Position numbers and translations under genes: made by a program. DNA of 64,000 bases from an uncultured beta proteobacterium (GTDB taxonomy: Bacteria > Pseudomonadota > Gammaproteobacteria > Burkholderiales > SG8-41): NCBI GenBank assembly GCA_963828715.1, contig CAWHFX010000019.1:146734-210733 (forward strand), given 5' to 3'. The notes beneath the pieces were generated by a model that had not been told where the DNA came from, did no database searches, and was given only the letters and a program-made list of their open reading frames with translations. Positions 57,899-64,000 of the stretch are shown here, in pieces (within the stretch, counting starts at the first letter, position 1; each line of letters begins with the position of its first letter).

Positions 57899-58278
57899 GA
57901 GCGATAGATCTCCCCCGGATCCTTGAGGACCGGGTCCACCGCGACCCACTGGCCGTCCTCCAGACGCCGGAAAAAGCAGCTGTGCCGGCCGGTGTGGCAT
58001 GCAATCCCGCCGCGCTGTTCCACCTCCAGCAGAACCACGTCCGCATCGCAATCGAGCCTTATGGACTTCACCTTCTGCACGTGTCCCGATTGTTCGCCCT
58101 TGTGCCAGAGCTGACGCCGCGAGCGCGACCAGTAGTGCGCTTCGCCGGTTTCGAAGGTTTTCCCGAGCGCCTCGCGGTTCATCCAGGCAAGCGTGAGCAC
58201 GCGTCGGGAATCAGCTTCCTGCGCGATTGCGGGAACGAGCCCGTTATCGTCCCACTTCACTTCGTGCAGCCAGTCCAT
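57895..58278 (-). CDS. hisI: Phosphoribosyl-AMP cyclohydrolase
   Basis: [38 protein letters not shown]. Confidence 0.96.
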   Translation of the reverse strand: MDWLHEVKWDDNGLVPAIAQEADSRRVLTLAWMNREALGKTFETGEAHYWSRSRRQLWHKGEQSGHVQKVKSIRLDCDADVVLLEVEQRGGIACHTGRHSCFFRRLEDGQWVAVDPVLKDPGEIYRS

Positions 58279-58360
58279 GAGGCACTCAAAGGAGTGAAGA
58301 AGCGAACGCGTGAAGGGTAACAGAGCCTGCACGAGACGGTGCAGCGCGGATATGCATGTT

Positions 58361-59132
58361 TTACAGGCGCACTTCGATACCGCGGGCGCGCATGTATTCC
58401 TTGGCTTCGCGGACGGTGAATTCGCCGTAGTGGAAGATGCTCGCCGCCAGCACCGCATCCGCACGGCCGACTGCGACGCCGTCAGCGAGATGAGCGAGGT
58501 TACCCACGCCCCCGCTCGCAATGACCGGAATCGCAAGCGCGTCGGAAAAAGCACGCGTGAGCTCGAGATCGAAGCCCTGCCGCGTTCCGTCCCGGTCCAT
58601 GCTCGTCAGCAGGATCTCGCCCGCGCCGAGTGCCTCCATCTTGCGGCCCCATTCGAGCGCATCGAGCCCCGTCGCCCTGCGGCCGCCATGCGTGAACACT
58701 TCCCAGCGCAGCGGCTGCGCGTCGAGCACGCGCTTCGCGTCCACCGCCACGACGATGCATTGCGCTCCGTAGCGGTCCGATGCATCGCGCGACCAGTTGC
58801 GGGTTCTGCACCGCCGCCGTGTTGATGCTGACCTTGTCCGCGCCGGCGTTCAGAAGCCGCCTCACGTCTTCGACGCTGCGCACGCCCCCGCCCACCGTGA
58901 GCGGTATGAACACCTGAGTCGCAACCGCTTCGACGATATGCAGGATGAGATCACGCTCGTCGCTGCTCGCGGTGATGTCGAGGAACGTGATCTCGTCCGC
59001 ACCCTGTTCGTCGTAGCGCGCGGCGACTTCGACCGGATTCCCGGCATCGCGTAACCCGACGAAGTTCACGCCCTTGACCACGCGGCCGGCGTTCACATCC
59101 AGGCACGGAATGATGCGTTTGGCCAGCGCCAT
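58361..59132 (-). CDS. hisF: Imidazole glycerol phosphate synthase cyclase subunit (frameshift ~58790)
   Basis: [26 protein letters not shown]; continues as [27 protein letters not shown]. Confidence 0.94.
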
Positions 59133-59147
59133 CTCAACCGAGGCGGT

Positions 59148-59912
59148 TCACGCCTCCGGCTTCGACTCGCCGTCGCCCGAGAGGCTGTCAGCGAGCTTCT
59201 GCGCCTCCGCGAAATCGAGCGTGCCCTGGTACACCGCTCGGCCGGTGATCGCGCCGACGATGCCTTCGGATTCGACAGCGCACAGCGCCCTCACGCACTC
59301 GAGGTCCGTCACGCCGCCGCTCGCGATGAGGGGCACCGTGAGCTTGCGTGCGAGCGCGACCGTCGCGTCGATGTTCACACCGCTCAGCATGCCGTCGCGG
59401 CCGATATCGGTGTAGATGATTCCTTCGACACCGTAGTCCTGAAACTTCTTCGCGAGGTCGCCGACGTCATGACCGGTCATCTTCGACCACCCGTCGACGG
59501 CGACCTTGCCCCCTTTCGCGTCCAGTGCGACCAGAACGTGCCCGGTGAACGCGGTGCACGCGTCGTGCAGGAAACCTGGCGTCTTGACCGCCGCCGTTCC
59601 GATGATGACGAAGCTCACCCCGTCGTCGAGGTACCGCTCGATCGTGTCGAGGTCGCGAATACCGCCGCCGAGCTGGATTTCCATGTCATCGCCGACGGCA
59701 TCGGCGATAGCGCGGATCGCACTTTCGTTCTTCGGACGCCCGGCGGCCGCTCCGTTCAGATCCACGACGTGCAGCCGGCGCGCACCCTGTTTCAACCAGT
59801 GCTGCGCCATCGCGGCAGGATCGTCGGAAAAAACCGTCACATCGCTCATCGCCCCTTGTCTGAGGCGTACACACTTTCCATCTTTGAGATCAATGGCTGG
59901 GATGATCAGCAT
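59148..59912 (-). CDS. hisA: ProFAR isomerase
   Basis: [35 protein letters not shown]. Confidence 0.97.
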   Translation of the reverse strand: MLIIPAIDLKDGKCVRLRQGAMSDVTVFSDDPAAMAQHWLKQGARRLHVVDLNGAAAGRPKNESAIRAIADAVGDDMEIQLGGGIRDLDTIERYLDDGVSFVIIGTAAVKTPGFLHDACTAFTGHVLVALDAKGGKVAVDGWSKMTGHDVGDLAKKFQDYGVEGIIYTDIGRDGMLSGVNIDATVALARKLTVPLIASGGVTDLECVRALCAVESEGIVGAITGRAVYQGTLDFAEAQKLADSLSGDGESKPEA

Positions 59913-60033
59913 AGGCCGAAAGCACTACGTGGGCCGAACGGGAGGCCGTCGAGGACGTGGGGGGATAACGCAGGTTCGAGCGGGGGCGGTTTAGCGAGTT
60001 TTCACCATACTACAGCACGTTCTCCGCGCCTGA

Positions 60034-60729
60034 TCAAGCGGGCAGGTCGTGTTGTCGCGAGCGCGGTTCGGTTGCACCGCGAGGCATGCCGGCAGGCTGC
60101 CACGTCGCGAAATTCGCGAGCAGCCGCAATCCCGCAGCCTGACTTTTTTCCGGATGAAACTGCACGGCGAAGATATTGCCGCTCGCCGCGGCGCATGTAA
60201 ACGGCAAACCATAGGTGCTGTAGCCGGCGGAGAGCGCAGCATGCGCGGGCTCGACGAAGTAACTGTGCACAAAGTAGAAGCGGGTCGCGTCGGGTATGCC
60301 GTTCCACAGCGGATGCGGCCCGCTCTGGTGCACCTCGTTCCAGCCCATATGGGGGACCTTGAGCTTGTTACCGCGCTCATCCACCATCTCCTCGGGCCGA
60401 AATCGCCGCACCCGACCCGGCAGCAGGCCCAGCCCCGGGGTATCGCCTTCCTCGCTGTGCTCAAACAGCATCTGAAGTCCGATGCAGATGCCGAGGAACG
60501 GCTTGTCGCGGGCCGCCGCGATGACCGCGTCGCGCAGGCCGCGGCCGTCCATCTCGCGCATACAGTCGCGCATCGCGCCCTGACCGGGAAAAACGACCCG
60601 GCCGGCGTCGCGCACCACGTCGGGATCGCTGGTGACCACGACCGGCGAGTGCGGGGCGACATGCTCGATCGCCTTCGCGACCGAGCGCAGGTTGCCCATA
60701 CCGTAATCGACCACCGCAATCCGGTTCAT
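60034..60729 (-). CDS. hisH: Imidazole glycerol phosphate synthase glutaminase subunit
   Basis: DYGMGNL, PGQG, GICIGLQ, PHMGWN, YFVHSY, QFHPEKS. Confidence 0.97.
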   Translation of the reverse strand: MNRIAVVDYGMGNLRSVAKAIEHVAPHSPVVVTSDPDVVRDAGRVVFPGQGAMRDCMREMDGRGLRDAVIAAARDKPFLGICIGLQMLFEHSEEGDTPGLGLLPGRVRRFRPEEMVDERGNKLKVPHMGWNEVHQSGPHPLWNGIPDATRFYFVHSYFVEPAHAALSAGYSTYGLPFTCAAASGNIFAVQFHPEKSQAAGLRLLANFATWQPAGMPRGATEPRSRQHDLPA

Positions 60730-60743
60730 CGTCGAGGCGCGAT

Positions 60744-61343
60744 CTACAGAGAACCTTTAGTGGACGGCACGTCGGAAACCCGCGGATCCCTTTCGACGGC
60801 CATGCGCAAAGCACGGCCGAACGCCTTGAAGGCGGTTTCCGCCTGATGATGCGCATTCGCGCCGCGCAGGCTGTCGATGTGCAATGTCACGCTCGCGTGG
60901 TTGACGAAGCCCTGGAAGAACTCGTGCACGAGGTCCACGTCGAACGCGCCGATGCGCGCGCGCACGAAGTCGACGTGAAATTCGAGTCCGGGGCGGCCGG
61001 AGAGATCGACCACGACGCGGGACAGCGCTTCGTCGAGTGGCACGTAGGCGTGTCCGTAGCGGCGAACACCCTTCTTGTCGCCCACCGCGCGCGCGAACGC
61101 CTGGCCGAACGTGATGCCGATGTCTTCGACGGTGTGATGCGCATCGATGTGAAGGTCGCCGCGCGCCTCGACCTCGAGATCGAAGATGGCATGACGGGCG
61201 ACCTGGTCGAGCATGTGATCGAGAAACGGCACCTGCGTCGCGAGCCGCGCGCGGCCGCTCCCATCGAGGTTCAGCGCGACGCTGACCTGCGTCTCGAGCG
61301 TATTGCGGGTGACTTTGGCCTCGCGTTTCAAGTTCTCGCTCAC
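60744..61343 (-). CDS. hisB: Imidazoleglycerol-phosphate dehydratase
   Basis: [32 protein letters not shown]. Confidence 0.97.
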   Translation of the reverse strand: MSENLKREAKVTRNTLETQVSVALNLDGSGRARLATQVPFLDHMLDQVARHAIFDLEVEARGDLHIDAHHTVEDIGITFGQAFARAVGDKKGVRRYGHAYVPLDEALSRVVVDLSGRPGLEFHVDFVRARIGAFDVDLVHEFFQGFVNHASVTLHIDSLRGANAHHQAETAFKAFGRALRMAVERDPRVSDVPSTKGSL

Positions 61344-61368
61344 TGCTGTGTTCGTGTTCGGCAGCCGC

Positions 61369-62439
61369 TTACTCGACGGTCGCGCGCAGCGCTGCCAGAA
61401 ATCGGTCGTTCTCGTCAGGCGTTCCCACGGTCACACGCAGACAGTTCTCGAGCGCCGGATGAGCGCCGTGGACGTTCTTGATGAGAACACCACGCTGCTT
61501 GAGACCGTTGAATACGGCATCGGCCGCGGTAACCCTGAACAGGATGAAGTTGGCATCGCTCGGGAACGGGGTCGCGCCGGGCATCTGCTGAAGCTCGTGC
61601 CACACCCGCCCGCGCTCGGCTTTGATCGTGGCCGCCTGTTCGGCGAGTCGGTCGTGATGCCGTAATGCTTTTTCCGCCACGAGCTGTGTCAGCACGCCCA
61701 CATTATAGGGCAAGCGCACTTTCTCCACGTGATCGAGCCACGCGGCCGGCCCCGCGATCAGGCCCAGGCGCAACCCCGCAAGGCCGGACTTCGACAGCGT
61801 GCGCATGACGAGCAGATTGTCGCAGGCACCGAGTCGGTCCATGTACGTCCGGCCGGCAAACGCGTGATAGGCCTCGTCGATCACGACTGCGCCCGGCGCG
61901 AGCTCGAGCACGCGCGCGATCGCGCGCGCATCGAAGAGATTGCCGGTCGGATTGTTCGGGTACGCGATAAATATGAGCGCGGGCGCGTGCGTTTGGATCG
62001 CTTCGGTCATCGCGCGTTCATCGAGCGAGAAGCCCGGCGCAAGCGGCACGCCGACGTAGCGCATGCCGCAGAACAGCGCGATCAGCTTGAACATGACGAA
62101 CGAGGGCTCGACGCCCAGCACCACCGCGCCCGGACGCGCCGTCGCGAGCATGAGCATCTGGATGATCTCGTCCGACCCGTTGCCGAGAACGACCTGCATG
62201 TCCTGCGGAATGCCCAGCACCGAGCGCAACCGCGCCTTGAGCGCGCCTGCCGCAGCATCCGGATAACGGTTTACCGCTGTATGACCGACGAGCGCCGCCA
62301 GCTCGCCGCGCACGTCTTCGGGCAGCCCGTACGGGTTCTCCATCGCATCGAGCTTGACCATGCCCGAGGCGTCCGGCACGTGATACGCCGTAAGCGCGCG
62401 TATCTCGTCGCGGATGGTTCTGTCGGGCTTGCCGGCCAT
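61369..62439 (-). CDS. hisC: Histidinol-phosphate aminotransferase
   Basis: ATG 62439 (TGATG with hisD); [34 protein letters not shown]. Confidence 0.95.
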   Translation of the reverse strand: MAGKPDRTIRDEIRALTAYHVPDASGMVKLDAMENPYGLPEDVRGELAALVGHTAVNRYPDAAAGALKARLRSVLGIPQDMQVVLGNGSDEIIQMLMLATARPGAVVLGVEPSFVMFKLIALFCGMRYVGVPLAPGFSLDERAMTEAIQTHAPALIFIAYPNNPTGNLFDARAIARVLELAPGAVVIDEAYHAFAGRTYMDRLGACDNLLVMRTLSKSGLAGLRLGLIAGPAAWLDHVEKVRLPYNVGVLTQLVAEKALRHHDRLAEQAATIKAERGRVWHELQQMPGATPFPSDANFILFRVTAADAVFNGLKQRGVLIKNVHGAHPALENCLRVTVGTPDENDRFLAALRATVE

Positions 62440-63733
62440 CACTGGATGCGCAGCTCCGCCGAGCGCGCATGCGCCTCGAGGCCCTCTCCGCGTGCGAGCT
62501 CGGCTGCGATCAAGCCAAGCTTCGGCGGCGCCGGCCCGCGAGATGCGGATGACGCTCGAGCGCTTCTGAAAATCGTATACGCCGAGGGGCGAAGAAAACC
62601 GCGCCGTACGTGAGGTCGGCAGCACATGATTCGGCCCGGCGCAGTAATCGCCAAGCGCCTCGGACGCGAAATGCCCGATGAAGATGGCGCCGGCATGTCT
62701 CACTTTCGGCAGCAGCGCTTCGGCCTCTGCGACGGCAGAGCTCGAGATGCTCGGGCGCAATGCGGTTCACGAGCACACAGACTTCGTCGAGATCGCGTGC
62801 TTCGATCAACGCCCCGCGTCCGGAGAGCGCGGCTGCGATGACTTCACGACGCGGCATGTCCGGCAGCTGGCGCTCGATGCTTTGCGCGACCGCTGCGATG
62901 AACGCCCGATCGGGCGACAGCAGAATGGCCTGCGCGAGCTCATCGTGCTCGGCCTGCGAAAAAAGATCCATCGCGATCCAGTCGGGATCGTTCGTCCCGT
63001 CGGCGACGACGAGGATTTCCGATGGCCCTGCGACCATGTCGATCCCCACTACGCCGAACACACGCCGTTTCGCTGCGGCGACGTACGCGTTCCCGGGCCC
63101 GACGATCTTGTCCACGGCGGGCACCAGTTTCGTCCCATACGCAAGGGCGCCGATCGCCTGCGCGCCTCCGATCGTGAATACGCGATCCACGCCGCACAGC
63201 GCCGCTGCGGCCAGCACGAGGGCGTTGCGCTCACCGGAGGGTGTCGGCACGGCCATGATGACTTCGCCCACCCCCGCCACTTTCGCGGGCATCACGTTCA
63301 TGATGACCGACGACGGGTACGCCGCCTTGCCCCCGGGGACGTACACCCCGACGCGATCGAGCGGCGTCACTTTCTGCCCGAGCTCGTTAGCCTCTTCGTC
63401 CGCGATGGTCCAGGATTCCACGCGCTGATGTTCGTGATAACGGCGCACGCGCCCGGCCGCTGCCTCGAGTGCTGCGCGTCGGGAAGACGGCAGTTGCGCG
63501 AGCGCCTTTTCGCATTCGTCGGCGGGAATCTCGAGCTGCGCAGGCGAATCTACCGTGACCGCGTCGAGGCGACGCGTATGCTCGAGCAGGGCCGCGTCAC
63601 CGCGCACCTTCACGTCTGACAGAATGGAAGCAACGATCGCGTCGACCCTGGGATCCTGCGCCGCCTCGAAAGCGAGCAACTCGGCCAGCCGCGCGTCGAA
63701 ATCGGACTGCGTAGTGGAAAGCCTGCGTATCAC
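62439..63733 (-). CDS. hisD: Histidinol dehydrogenase (frameshifts ~62737 and ~62524)
   Basis: GVYVPGG, GGAQA, GPGN, AGPSE, SQAEH, APEHL; then [13 protein letters not shown]; then [10 protein letters not shown]. Confidence 0.94.
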
Positions 63734-64000
63734 GCCGCGCCCCGCGCAAGAGATTCGACCAGCGGCTGAAGCGCGTCTCGTTTGAGCTTGAGTGACGCCT
63801 GGTTCACCACGAGACGCGCGGAAATGGAAGCGATTTCCTCCACCGCAGAAAGGCCGTTCGCCTTCAGCGTATTGCCGGTGCTCACGAGATCGACGATCGC
63901 ATCCGCGAGCCCCACGAGCGGCGCGAGCTCCATCGAACCATAGAGCTTGATGAGATCTACATGAACGCCTTTCGCGGCGAAGTGCTCGCGCGCGGTCTGC
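63730..64000 (-). CDS. hisG: ATP phosphoribosyltransferase, short form (5' part outside the window)
   Basis: [48 protein letters not shown]; ends without the C-terminal regulatory domain. Confidence 0.95.
   Translation of the reverse strand, partial: QTAREHFAAKGVHVDLIKLYGSMELAPLVGLADAIVDLVSTGNTLKANGLSAVEEIASISARLVVNQASLKLKRDALQPLVESLARGAA

Noticed and set aside
61369..62760. Apparent HisD-HisC fusion (463 aa)
   Set aside because: Produced by hisD frameshifts; hisC has its own ATG overlapping the hisD stop
55903..63733. Programmed frameshifting or true pseudogenes in tatC/hisF/hisD
   Set aside because: No slippery heptamers at the breaks, the surrounding operon is intact, and the pattern fits indel errors
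1..64000. Prophage, integrase, transposase, toxin-antitoxin or anti-phage defence system
   Set aside because: No ORF with such motifs recognised; the single entericidin is not evidence of a TA pair

Overview
GC-rich betaproteobacterial chromosome segment with two halves. Positions ~1-47.9 kb are an accessory catabolic and solute-uptake region. It holds seven intact Bug/TctC periplasmic receptors plus one internally deleted copy (no TctA/TctB), four MFS transporters, two MmgE/PrpD proteins, two ADP-forming acyl-CoA ligases, an operon of CoA-transferase, enolase-superfamily enzyme, acyl-CoA dehydrogenase and SDR, an amidase with a fused AtzG/GatC-like tail, a secreted beta-helix protein, a deletion-eroded paoABC relic and a GldAFG/DUF4340-type ABC module. 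Positions ~48-64 kb are the conserved core block hisG-D-C-B-H-A-F-I-E, tatABC, degQ/S, nif3, petABC, sspAB and tRNA-Thr(UGU). A ~1.6 kb islet between sspB and the tRNA carries two sigma-54 promoters, a candidate ~140-nt sRNA with its own terminator, and three small genes absent from the ORF track (2x DUF1328, entericidin). Several dispersed non-coding repeat families are visible: an attC-like tandem structured element in leaders of binding-protein genes, a ~90-bp two-hairpin element, stop-codon-anchored heptamer arrays, BoxC-like palindromes and a REP doublet. Single-base frameshifts in hisD, hisF, tatC, gldG and others are most likely sequencing/assembly errors. No CRISPR array, integrase, transposase or defence system was found. 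Family assignments come from motif recognition by eye, not from database searches.
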